DNA of 64,000 nucleotides, taken from assembly GCA_042408215.1 (NCBI GenBank), contig JAYFMW010000001.1, positions 1 to 64,000 on the forward strand, given 5' to 3'. The notes under the pieces were generated by a model, which did not search any database, was not told the DNA's origin, and saw only the letters and a list, made by a program, of their open reading frames with translations. The stretch is from Microcoleus sp. Its GTDB lineage: Bacteria; Cyanobacteriota; Cyanobacteriia; Cyanobacteriales; Microcoleaceae. Both the position numbers and the translations under genes were made by a program. This document shows, one piece after another, positions 38,781 through 47,922 of this stretch; the stretch's first letter is position 1, and every line of letters starts with the position of its first letter.

Positions 38781-38953
38781 AACTTTTCTCAAAATCATTA
38801 GATTTGATAATGCTTCCGAGATTCTACTGGTTCTCCCAGTCCGCGAAGGCGGACTTTGTTTGTGTAGACGCGATTTCCAATCGCCCCGAAATTTGCTTGT
38901 TTGTGTAGACGCGATTTCCAATCGCCCGGAGATTGGTAATTTCAATATCACCT

Positions 38954-39598
38954 TCACTCATCAGACTCAGACTCAAAATCCACGCGATCGTAAATATCAC
39001 CCAACGAAATCTCAAACTCCACACAATTCAATCTCAACACCGCATCAGCACCATCATACTCAGACAAAACCCACTTATTATCATCCCTCTTAACAAACTG
39101 TTCGACGTGCATCTCGTATTGATCTATCAAAACATACTCTCGAAAAGTAGGAATCGTGCGAAAAAGTTTAAACTTGCCGCCCCTGTCATAATCCGCCGTC
39201 GATTCCGATAAAACCTCAGCCACCATCACCGCATTAGTAATCGTATCTTTCCTACCTGAAACAAACTCCAACTTCCCCGCAACCAACATCACATCAGGAT
39301 AAGTATAAACCCGCTTTGACGGTATCCACAAACGCAAATCGTTTATAAATACTCGGTACGGTTGCCCTTTCGTAGCAAAATTCAGTGTGCCATAAAAATT
39401 GCCAGCTATTTGATTGTGATTCGGTGTTCCGCCTGTCATAGGGATTATCCTGCCATCCTGATATTCACTTCTAAATTTTGCCCCCTCTTCCAGCATTAAA
39501 TACTCTTCAGGAGAGTAATAACTCTGTGCTTTGTTCTCAACTTTGTCCTCAACTTTGTCTTCAACTACTTCGGCGCGAATTTCTGTTGATGTTGTCAT
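38954..39598 (-). CDS. Uma2-family endonuclease
   Basis: YSPEEYL, YPDVM, EVLSEST..YDRG.KF. Confidence 0.9.
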   Translation of the reverse strand: MTTSTEIRAEVVEDKVEDKVENKAQSYYSPEEYLMLEEGAKFRSEYQDGRIIPMTGGTPNHNQIAGNFYGTLNFATKGQPYRVFINDLRLWIPSKRVYTYPDVMLVAGKLEFVSGRKDTITNAVMVAEVLSESTADYDRGGKFKLFRTIPTFREYVLIDQYEMHVEQFVKRDDNKWVLSEYDGADAVLRLNCVEFEISLGDIYDRVDFESESDE

Positions 39599-39633
39599 AG
39601 TATATCCTGTTGCGATCGTACTTACAATTATAT

Positions 39634-39811
39634 AGGACTTACCCGCTCCGACCAAAGAAACCGGGTTTTTTCCCGAATCTGCGATGCTCTAACGAAGTAT
39701 TTCGTAAAAAACCCGGTTTCTGGGCACCATGCGTAAGTCATCCCAAAGAAACCGGGTTTTTTCCCGAATCTGCGGGCGACAACGAAGTATTTCGTAAAAA
39801 ACCCGGTTTCT
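39634..39811. repeat. Two AGAAACCGGG...CCCGGTTTCT palindromes; the first inside an AGGACTTAC...GTAAGTC shell
   Basis: Near-identical 66-bp units. Confidence 0.8.
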
Positions 39812-39837
39812 GAGCCTCCACAAATCGAAACTACCGC

Positions 39838-40572
39838 TCACAAATCCTCATCTTGTGCTTCAATTACCTCTCCCTCAAACTCAAAACCCCGCTCCATACC
39901 ATCAAAATATTTGTCAATATTAGGCTTGATCCACAGCGCCGCTTCTCCGTATCCCAACTCCACAGCCTTATCAACTACCTCATACCAAATTGTCAAGTCA
40001 ACTCCCGCCGCTTGCACCGCCTCCAAACAATCCCAAACAAACTTTGGCACTGATACCGGCGACACCGCATATCTCAGCAATTCCTTAGCACCTTCTGGGA
40101 AAATAATCACATTGTTGGCAACTACAATCATACCTATATCTTCTTCATTTTCCCCTTGCCAATTCACTTCGCCATTTAAAACATAACCCCAAGGTTCAAG
40201 AAAATTGTCGATCAGATACTGCAACCATTCGACATAATCATAAAACTTTTCTGCGCCGTTCCATTTAATCCCCCCGCCGTCAGCAGTCGGAATCCACTTA
40301 CACCACAATCCTGGCTGAGTCTTGGGCGGGCGGTTGTAATCGACAACAGAAACTTCCGAATCTTCATCCCATTTTTCATTCACAAAATAGCAGCCTTCTT
40401 CGCCCACAGGTAAACCAACTGCTTCTCTTGCCGAATCGGGAATACTTTGCAAAATAGCAGGATTTCGCTTCATCCGTCTAGTCCGAGCAAACTCCAATAA
40501 GTAAATAGCTTCGCTGTCTAATAACCGTTTATTTAAATGAAATGTTCCGTCAAATATTGTAGTGTATCCCAT
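39838..40572 (-). CDS. Hypothetical protein (Trp-rich conserved-looking domain)
   Basis: MGYTT.F.G, QPGLWCKW, EKFYDYVEWL.YLI..FL.PWGY.LNG. Confidence 0.8.
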   Translation of the reverse strand: MGYTTIFDGTFHLNKRLLDSEAIYLLEFARTRRMKRNPAILQSIPDSAREAVGLPVGEEGCYFVNEKWDEDSEVSVVDYNRPPKTQPGLWCKWIPTADGGGIKWNGAEKFYDYVEWLQYLIDNFLEPWGYVLNGEVNWQGENEEDIGMIVVANNVIIFPEGAKELLRYAVSPVSVPKFVWDCLEAVQAAGVDLTIWYEVVDKAVELGYGEAALWIKPNIDKYFDGMERGFEFEGEVIEAQDEDL

Positions 40573-40668
40573 GATTTATACCTATTATAAATGCCTGGTG
40601 GATTTAGCGAGTATGGGTGTATATTAAAGACTAAAACCATCTTTATATCTCGCTTATTGCCGAGTCTC

Positions 40669-40750
40669 GATCCCCCTAAATCCCCCTTAAGAAGGGGGAC
40701 TTTGAGTGCTTCTTGTCCCCCCCTTTTGAAGGGGGGTTAGGGGGGATCGA
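40669..40750. repeat. Free GATCCCCCTAAATCCCCC palindromic core
   Basis: Same core as inside the MITEs at 12074, 14159, 23128 and 23949. Confidence 0.8.
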
Positions 40751-40819
40751 GGAACTAGGGGGAGCAGATAGATTTTAAACAATTACCAATTACCTGTTAC
40801 CTGTTACCGATAACAAATC

Positions 40820-41443
40820 TTACTTAGTCTTGTCCAAACTCCGGGACTCCAACCAAATAGGAATTGCAATCCAAGCAACTGCTAAAAGTAAGGCAACTAT
40901 AGCAAATTGAGCGGCCCAAGCTACCAATTTCTCTAAAGACACAACTTGTCCTAAGAAGTATGATAAACTTACCATTACAGATGCCCAACTGGCGGCACCT
41001 AGAATATTGAACAGCGAAAATTTCCAAAAAGGCATTTCGGCAATTCCCGCTAGGGGGCTGGCAAAAATTCGCAGCAGTGCGATGAAACGGCCCAAAAATA
41101 CAGCCTTAGCTGCATTTTTGCTAAACTGTTCTTTTAAGTCAAACAGTTGTTCTTCTCGAAAGCGGAAGATTTTGCCGAGTTTCAGCAGCAGGGGCCAACC
41201 GCCGTATCTGCCGATCGCATAACCAAAATTTCCCCCCAATGTAGCACCCGCGATCGCACTTCCGAGCACAAACCAGTAATTCAGTTCCCCGCTACCAGCT
41301 AAAAACCCGCCAGCAATGGTAATAGTCTCACCAGGGAGAGGAACTCCCAGGTTTTCCAGCAAAATTCCCAGAAATACAGCCCAATAGCCGTAATCGTGAG
41401 CAAATTTCTGAATAGTCTCTAGCGATAAAAACTCAAAAGACAT
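40820..41443 (-). CDS. dedA: DedA family membrane protein
   Basis: LENLGVPLPGE, GRYGG, FLGRFIALLR. Confidence 0.9.
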   Translation of the reverse strand: MSFEFLSLETIQKFAHDYGYWAVFLGILLENLGVPLPGETITIAGGFLAGSGELNYWFVLGSAIAGATLGGNFGYAIGRYGGWPLLLKLGKIFRFREEQLFDLKEQFSKNAAKAVFLGRFIALLRIFASPLAGIAEMPFWKFSLFNILGAASWASVMVSLSYFLGQVVSLEKLVAWAAQFAIVALLLAVAWIAIPIWLESRSLDKTK

Positions 41444-41758
41444 TGGATGCTGCCTTCGTAAACTTTTGCTCTTCTCAATACTTTTATATATTGACTTGAT
41501 TCAGCCAATAGTGCAATCTTTCGCTGTGATGAAAAACACACTACATTGGCGATCGCTCGCCTAACTCAAAACCAATATTTCAGAGATAATAGATCAATCA
41601 GGAACTATTACGGTTCCATTCCGGGCGATCGCCAACCAGCCACGCTCGCGATTGAAATCGCTACTACACAAACTTGCGTCCACGCGGACTCAAGAATAAA
41701 GAGGGTATTAAAGCAGGATTTGGTATTATTCCCACGCTCCAATCCCAGAGTAACATTT

Positions 41759-42103
41759 ATGGTATTTTCCAACTTCCACGAACACATCGTCCTCCATCCT
41801 CAAAACTGCCTCGACTCCCAAGCAGGTAGTCTCCTACAACAACAGCTAGCAGAAATTGCGCCCGATCGATACAAACTCTGGGTAATAGACATGGCCAGCG
41901 TAGATTTCATCGACAGTTCCGGGCTGTGCGCCTTAGTGGGCGGGCTCAACGCCGCCCGCCACCGTGGATGTCGCCTTGTCATCTGCAACCTCTCAGCCAC
42001 AGTCAGGCTAATTTTTGCAATTACTCAACTCGACCAACTCTTTGAAATCTTCGACTCTATCGAGCAAGTGATCTCAACGGAAACTCCGGCCCTAGTTGCT
42101 TGA
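41759..42103 (+). CDS. STAS-domain anti-sigma factor antagonist
   Basis: IDMASVDFIDSSGL. Confidence 0.88.
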   Translation: MVFSNFHEHIVLHPQNCLDSQAGSLLQQQLAEIAPDRYKLWVIDMASVDFIDSSGLCALVGGLNAARHRGCRLVICNLSATVRLIFAITQLDQLFEIFDSIEQVISTETPALVA

Positions 42104-42119
42104 TTGAAGTACCCGACTT

Positions 42120-42779
42120 TCACATCGATTTATAGCTAGCAGAACTAATTTGCAGATCATAAATAGGCGCGCCTGTCAAGCAAAACCAATGACACAGAAA
42201 TAAATCCGGCACTTGAACGCCGACAGAAGCGATCGCAGGTGCGGCTGGAAAAGGCCAAAGTCGATCGAAACAAATCCTTTCCCCTGCGAACCCGAACTGG
42301 ATCAAATAAGTCGCCGGCGGCGCATTTACCAGCTCCAGCAAACGGTAAGCCAAGTCATACAACTGTTGTCGCCAAACATCCGACAAATGCAGCGGTTGAA
42401 AGTAGCTCAACTCCCCAGACGGATTGTGGGCCAAGGCACCGATCGCCTCAGCATACAGAGGCCCCTTCGCCGTCCAAACCACAGGTAACCAAAAATTGCC
42501 ATCGCCAGTAGGCACCTGCAACTGCTCTTGCACCCGATCGCGCGCCGCCGAGACATTGGCGCAAAATCGAAACACATCTTCACCTGGAAAGGCAAGATTG
42601 GACGGCACATCCAGCGTCAAAGGACAAACCATCGCCCCCGAAAGATCGATCGCCCCAGAATTCAGTTCCGAAACCCCACAGATATTTACTTCCGCGAAAG
42701 GATTGGATTGAGCGATCGCCACTTTCAGTGCGACCGCCGGGCCAATCTTGGCATCCGCCACAATCAAAACCCTAGACAT
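42120..42779 (-). CDS. Conserved cyanobacterial hypothetical protein
   Basis: KGPLYAEAI, FDRLWPFPA; overlaps the upstream stop codon. Confidence 0.75.
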   Translation of the reverse strand: MSRVLIVADAKIGPAVALKVAIAQSNPFAEVNICGVSELNSGAIDLSGAMVCPLTLDVPSNLAFPGEDVFRFCANVSAARDRVQEQLQVPTGDGNFWLPVVWTAKGPLYAEAIGALAHNPSGELSYFQPLHLSDVWRQQLYDLAYRLLELVNAPPATYLIQFGFAGERICFDRLWPFPAAPAIASVGVQVPDLFLCHWFCLTGAPIYDLQISSASYKSM

Positions 42780-43362
42780 TCCCAAAGCTCGGCATCTGAA
42801 TACCCTGACTGTCATCAGGATCGACCGTAGGCAAATCCAAACCTTTAGACTTGCGGCTCCGCACGGCGAGACGGTAAGTTACGCTCTGCAACTCAGTGTG
42901 TAGTTGGCGGTTTTCCTTTTGCAGTTGATCCAACTTTTCCTGAATCGGCTCGATCCGCTCGGCAAACTTCTGACGGTAAACCCCCGGCAATTCCTGAACT
43001 ACCTGTTCCAGCATCCGAGAGCGATCGGTCAATTCTTGCACCGACTGCCGCAGTTGGTAAACCTCAGTATCCCGCTCAGCGATTTGTTCCTGATAAAAAC
43101 CCACCTGTTCCTCAACTGCTTGCAGTTGTTCTCGCATCGCCTGCATTTGAGCTTGGTGGCGCTCGGAAACTTCCGGCGCCGGCACAAAACTCGAATTTCC
43201 CTTGACCAGCCTGAACAGCTCTTGAGACAACTGCTGCACCAATTGGTCGCGCATTTGCAGCTCTTCGTTCAGACGAGACACCTCAGATTGCAGTTCTTTT
43301 GTGCTTACAAGTTTACTCGGGTTCACAATCACCAATCCTTTTTCGCTAACATTTGCCAACAA
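42772..43362 (-). CDS. Coiled-coil protein (Npun_F5560-like)
   Basis: RDQLVQQLSQELFRLVKGN. Confidence 0.75.
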   Translation of the reverse strand: MLANVSEKGLVIVNPSKLVSTKELQSEVSRLNEELQMRDQLVQQLSQELFRLVKGNSSFVPAPEVSERHQAQMQAMREQLQAVEEQVGFYQEQIAERDTEVYQLRQSVQELTDRSRMLEQVVQELPGVYRQKFAERIEPIQEKLDQLQKENRQLHTELQSVTYRLAVRSRKSKGLDLPTVDPDDSQGIQMPSFGNV

Positions 43363-43554
43363 ATAAAATAGTTTACAAAATGATTAAACTCAGCGAGACT
43401 GGCAAAGCCCGCTGATTTTCACAACCAGACCAAACCAGACGTGAGTTATTTTTAACAAATTACCTGATCTTATTCTACTCTGAGCTTCTAGGGCACCGAT
43501 CGACCCTTCGAGATCTCAACGGTAAAGCCCAATCTAATTCATCACAGATACCAT

Positions 43555-45258
43555 TTAACCCGGTAAAACTTGGTTGTTACTACCAAATTCTACTATGTAT
43601 TGGGGTGTATCCTCCCCAGCCTCAACCAAAGTTAAGGCGCTTAACGACTTCAACAGAATGTTGATTGCGCCGTTCCAATCCCTATCGATGATGTGTCCGC
43701 ACTCTGGACACTTAAACGTCTTAGAGCCACCGAGCTTTTTGTGGGCGTGCCCACATTTCGAGCAAGTCTTTGAAGTATATTCTTCGGTCACATCATGCAC
43801 GACAGAACCGCGCTTTTGCGCGTGAAACTTCAAGGTTTCCTTGAATCGGTAATGACCCCAAGACAACATACTCCGAGCGGTTTTAGACCGGATCTTGCGC
43901 TTCTTTCTGACCACCATTTGAGAGGTTTCAAAGGTTGGCAAAAAGATGTGCTTGTGCTGTTTGGTAAGGTATGCTGCAACGCGGTTATGAATGTCGTCAA
44001 TCAGGTTGGAAATCTTGACTCTGATTGACTTGGCAAGCTTGCGTAACTGCCACCTTTTCCGCTTATTAGAATGCCCCTTCAAGGTTGTCCACTGCGACTG
44101 AAGTCGATCTAAGCGCTGGCATAACGTCGCAATTCGACCAATCCCCGCAGGGGCGAACTCCGTAATTGATTGCCCGTCAAACCCGGTCAGAAAAGTTCTC
44201 ACGCCCGGATCTAGTGCAATTGCGTTATCAAACTGGTTCGCTTCAATCTGCATTGGAACGGCAAAGCAGATAAACCATCGACCCCGATCTATTACTACGG
44301 AGAAATCAGAAGGCATTTCTGTGCAAAGTGGCTCCGAGGGATTGATCTGAGCTTTCCCAAGTTGCCGGGGGTAGGTTGTGTTGTTTGTCCAGTTGTCAGA
44401 TTGCAACTTGATGCTTTGAACCTGCTCGCGACACGACCGAAACCGAGGATTGCGCTTGTCTTCGCACTTTTTGAATGCATCATGAGCGTCTAGAACTGCC
44501 GCGCCTCTTGGATTGTAGGGCGTTTCCTTCACCCAATCTGGCGCAAGATCGTTCACAATCTTGCGTAATTGAAACGCGGTTGGTCGCTTGCTTTTGTCGA
44601 TCCAGCAATCTCGCAGATAGGCGATTGCCGTGTTATATGACCACCGACTAGCCGCGATCCACGAACGCCACGCCACTCTCACGGGTATTTCCGGGTAAAC
44701 TCGGATCTTCTTTGATTTGAGCTTTGTATTTTCGGAGTCCGTAGAGCCGGCAACTAAAGACGTGGACGACGGCAAGGATATCTTCAACCATCTCTCGTTC
44801 TGGAGATAGGTCAGAGCGGTTGAGAACCACGAGTTTGCAATCAAATTGGTCGCACACCCATTGGATGAGTTCGACTCCGAATCGGGCGAGTCGGTCTTTG
44901 TAGCTGACCACAATTTGCTCGACATCTCCCGACAATACTTGTCCCAGAACGGATAGTAAGCCTTTGCGTCGGTAGTTGAGTCCCGATCCGATTTCTTTGA
45001 TGACTTCTCCTCCTGGGAACAGACTTTGGAGATAGTCAGCCTGTCGGTTAAGGTCGAGTCGCTGCTTGTGGCTACTGACTCGGCAATAGAGCAAAGTCTT
45101 TCTGACTTTGGTGGACTTTGGATCGAGGACACTATCGATGTCGTAGCGTCGATGTCCAGCCGGAGTTCTAATTGTTGCGATGCGTCCTGACTTGTCCCAG
45201 AGCCTAAGCGTTTTCTCCGAGACTTGGAGGATTTGCATCGCTTCCCGTGGTGTGACAT
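43555..45258 (-). CDS. tnpB: IS607 TnpB, pro-Fanzor-like; true start uncertain
   Basis: ALDPG, LPTF, EEYTSKTCSKCG, CPECG, DRDWNGAINI. Confidence 0.88.
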   Translation of the reverse strand: MSHHGKRCKSSKSRRKRLGSGTSQDASQQLELRLDIDATTSIVSSIQSPPKSERLCSIAESVATSSDSTLTDRLTISKVCSQEEKSSKKSDRDSTTDAKAYYPFWDKYCREMSSKLWSATKTDSPDSESNSSNGCATNLIANSWFSTALTYLQNERWLKISLPSSTSLVAGSTDSENTKLKSKKIRVYPEIPVRVAWRSWIAASRWSYNTAIAYLRDCWIDKSKRPTAFQLRKIVNDLAPDWVKETPYNPRGAAVLDAHDAFKKCEDKRNPRFRSCREQVQSIKLQSDNWTNNTTYPRQLGKAQINPSEPLCTEMPSDFSVVIDRGRWFICFAVPMQIEANQFDNAIALDPGVRTFLTGFDGQSITEFAPAGIGRIATLCQRLDRLQSQWTTLKGHSNKRKRWQLRKLAKSIRVKISNLIDDIHNRVAAYLTKQHKHIFLPTFETSQMVVRKKRKIRSKTARSMLSWGHYRFKETLKFHAQKRGSVVHDVTEEYTSKTCSKCGHAHKKLGGSKTFKCPECGHIIDRDWNGAINILLKSLSALTLVEAGEDTPQYIVEFGSNNQVLPG

Positions 45259-45268
45259 AGCGAACCAT
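44648..45268 (-). CDS. tnpA: IS607 serine-recombinase transposase
   Basis: MerR-like HTH (TLRLWD, GHRRY), YCRVSS, EIGSG, DRLARFG. Confidence 0.93.
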   Translation of the reverse strand: MVRYVTPREAMQILQVSEKTLRLWDKSGRIATIRTPAGHRRYDIDSVLDPKSTKVRKTLLYCRVSSHKQRLDLNRQADYLQSLFPGGEVIKEIGSGLNYRRKGLLSVLGQVLSGDVEQIVVSYKDRLARFGVELIQWVCDQFDCKLVVLNRSDLSPEREMVEDILAVVHVFSCRLYGLRKYKAQIKEDPSLPGNTRESGVAFVDRG

Positions 45269-45345
45269 AAAAAACGTTGTAGACTTACCTCATTCTACAA
45301 CGTCTTACCGGATAATTCCCGGAATGTCTAGAAATTGACAGGTAA

Positions 45346-45939
45346 TCAACCTCTAATCCAATTGAGCACTTGGCCAGCTTCGTCCAAGCAGCCACCAAAA
45401 CAGATAATCCCGTCTTCGTGGCCCGCCATCGCCAGAATTTTGCGATCGCCTAAATTCTCTTCCTCAAAAAGTCTAAACATTTCTAAGGCCATCCCAGGAG
45501 TGCCATAAGGTATCTCTTTTCTAGTAGTCGGAATCTTAAACAACAGTTGCCGCCAGAGTTTAGGGTTATGAACGTGAATGATCCCGCCCACATCATCTCT
45601 GTGAAAGTACAGCGCCGCGTGAGTCAGCGACTCAGAAGAAGCTGGTACAGGGCCACGACAGCCGAGGAAATTTTGTTCTAAGTCAAATTCGGTGACAGTA
45701 CAGTAGGATTCAGGCCCCATCCTTGGCAAGTGTGCCGTCTGGGTGCCTGAAATAATGAATTGGCAAGAATTTCCGAGTCTGACACTAACATTGCCAAAGC
45801 CGATCCCATTGTCGTAGACACCAATTAGTCCCCACTCGTGGAGCCGATCGCGCCACTCCATCAAATCTGCCATACTTTCGGCCACAGAGGGCTCTGCGTG
45901 CGTCCAGTCACAGCGGTACTTAACGACACCTTCATCCAT
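45346..45939 (-). CDS. Class II aldolase/adducin family protein
   Basis: GFGNVS, ASSESLTH, IIHVH, GHEDG. Confidence 0.85.
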   Translation of the reverse strand: MDEGVVKYRCDWTHAEPSVAESMADLMEWRDRLHEWGLIGVYDNGIGFGNVSVRLGNSCQFIISGTQTAHLPRMGPESYCTVTEFDLEQNFLGCRGPVPASSESLTHAALYFHRDDVGGIIHVHNPKLWRQLLFKIPTTRKEIPYGTPGMALEMFRLFEEENLGDRKILAMAGHEDGIICFGGCLDEAGQVLNWIRG

Positions 45940-46502
45940 CAACTTTCCTGCCGATCGCGGGTCTTCAGACAGAGCTAGGCAAAGGGGAGCGAAGTTGTAC
46001 AACCGCTCTGTTTGCCACCTTCTGCATAACTGCATGAGTGTCTTGATTAGTCTAGTCCAGTGTCGCCGTAATTGGCTACTAACATTACCAAAAAGTGAAA
46101 TATTAAAGCAGAAAAAATTATGCCAAACATCATGATTTAGCCTCAACAGGCAATTACAAAAGTCCTATATGAAAATGCACGCTTTCTGGCCGGGAGTTTC
46201 ATGCCAGGCTTTTGCCCAAGTTTCTTCTGTGAAACCTCTTAACAGTCCTGAACATTTATTTATTAATCCTCAGCATTTATACTGATGTGGCTACCCCTAA
46301 TCACTATTTAACGCTGCACTATCTCTAAATCCGGCAAGTTTCCTAAAAGTCAACCGTATATTTACTGATTTTTTTGATCGTAGAGAGATTTAAGCGCTCG
46401 CACCAACTAATAAAATATTTGTTCATCAAAAAACCAGCCGATCGGGCCCAAGGGACCCGATCGGCTAAGCTCCGAGGATTGACTGCGATCGCCCACAGCC
46501 CT

Positions 46503-47807
46503 TTAAATATGGAAGTGATACAAAATGCTGCCGTCGTCTTTAATTTCGCAATTGGCATTAAAGACTTCGGCTTGTTCGTTCAAAAAACGCTGGGCGACAT
46601 CCGGCGACAGCCGCGTCTCCATCGCAAACCGCACCAGAGTGATTTCGCCGCGCCCTTCTTTAATCAGTCGGTACAAAGCGCTTTGGAGTCGATCGCTCTC
46701 CGAGCGCTCAAGAGCTGCTTTGTCGCTCCAATTCGCCGCCGCCGGAATCAAACCGCGACTGACCAAAATCGCCACCAGCAAGCCAACACCCAAAATCAGA
46801 GGCACTGTTGGATCGCTCGTTGGCGTCGCCACAATTTGCGGAACTTGGGCGGCGGCAAAACTACTCACCATTTCTTTCTCCGACGCTTGCGTATCCGCCA
46901 TCGCCAGTTGGGTTTTGTTGTAAAAATCTTGCTGAAGCTTGATTTGCTGCAACAAGCGAGCTCGCTCTCTTTCGTATAGGTCGAGCTTTTGCTGAGCTTG
47001 TTTGAGATCTTGAGTGACTTGTGCTAAGCGTTGGTTGAGCGATTGATTGACTGATTGCCACCGATATCTGTTAATCAGGCGGCTTTTTTCTACCATGCCC
47101 TTCATCAGCATATCCGCCGTTTGGACTGCTTGCTGCTGGTCGAGCGATCGATACCCAACAGCAATTTCCAGCGGTTGTTCTGGCTTAGAAATCTTGACGC
47201 TAGCATTCTGTCGAACTTGTTGAGGCGACAGCTTAACTGCATCTGCCACTGCTTTGACAACATTATCTGCCAGCAGGACATCCGCTGTCAGTTGCTCTCC
47301 TTGCTTCAGAATTGTCGCGCCCGTGGTCGAAAATTTGACTGGCGGATTGTTAGAAGTGAGAGTGCCTTGAGCCATGAATCCGGGGGGCGGGGCTAGGCGG
47401 TAGGCAAGGGCCCCTGAAATGCCCATAATTACAGCAAAACTGCCTAAAGCAATCCACCTGTATCGATTTGCTGATGATTTAAAACGTAAATTTCCCATTT
47501 TGATAGTCAAGTCATAACTTTCGCTATTGGCAGCTACTACAAAAACTTGTGGCGCGATCGTCCCATTCTGGTAAGTCAAATTGACTGCATCACCTTGTGA
47601 AGCATCACCTTGTGAAGCATCACAAGGTGATGCATCAAAATCCCTCAGCTTTTCGCTACAAGCTTTTGGCTTTTGGGAGTTACCAATATTAATGGCGTGA
47701 CTGCGGGAAAGGTGCGATCGCCATAAATCTTGAACAGGAGCTAGAACCGATCCTTTTTTGCTAACAGTTGCTAACAAATATATAAGTTGAGATGTTCTAT
47801 CAACCAA
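46503..47807 (-). CDS. Wzz/GumC-like two-TM coiled-coil protein; start uncertain (possibly near 47500)
   Basis: TM - periplasmic coiled coil - TM, short cytoplasmic C-terminal domain. Confidence 0.65.
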   Translation of the reverse strand: MVDRTSQLIYLLATVSKKGSVLAPVQDLWRSHLSRSHAINIGNSQKPKACSEKLRDFDASPCDASQGDASQGDAVNLTYQNGTIAPQVFVVAANSESYDLTIKMGNLRFKSSANRYRWIALGSFAVIMGISGALAYRLAPPPGFMAQGTLTSNNPPVKFSTTGATILKQGEQLTADVLLADNVVKAVADAVKLSPQQVRQNASVKISKPEQPLEIAVGYRSLDQQQAVQTADMLMKGMVEKSRLINRYRWQSVNQSLNQRLAQVTQDLKQAQQKLDLYERERARLLQQIKLQQDFYNKTQLAMADTQASEKEMVSSFAAAQVPQIVATPTSDPTVPLILGVGLLVAILVSRGLIPAAANWSDKAALERSESDRLQSALYRLIKEGRGEITLVRFAMETRLSPDVAQRFLNEQAEVFNANCEIKDDGSILYHFHI

Positions 47808-47922
47808 GGCGGATCAACCAATGCCGGTAGAAATCTCTACAATCACTTATACTCTTGCATTCAGAACGGCTCAATTCATTCTATATGACATAAAGACCTC
47901 TTGATCAGGTGAGTGATTGTGA

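Larger units (their letters stand above)
43495..45340 (-). mobile_element. IS607-family element (ends approximate)
   Basis: Serine-recombinase tnpA plus tnpB; inverted repeat ACGTTGTAGA...TCTACAACGT upstream of tnpA. Confidence 0.85.
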
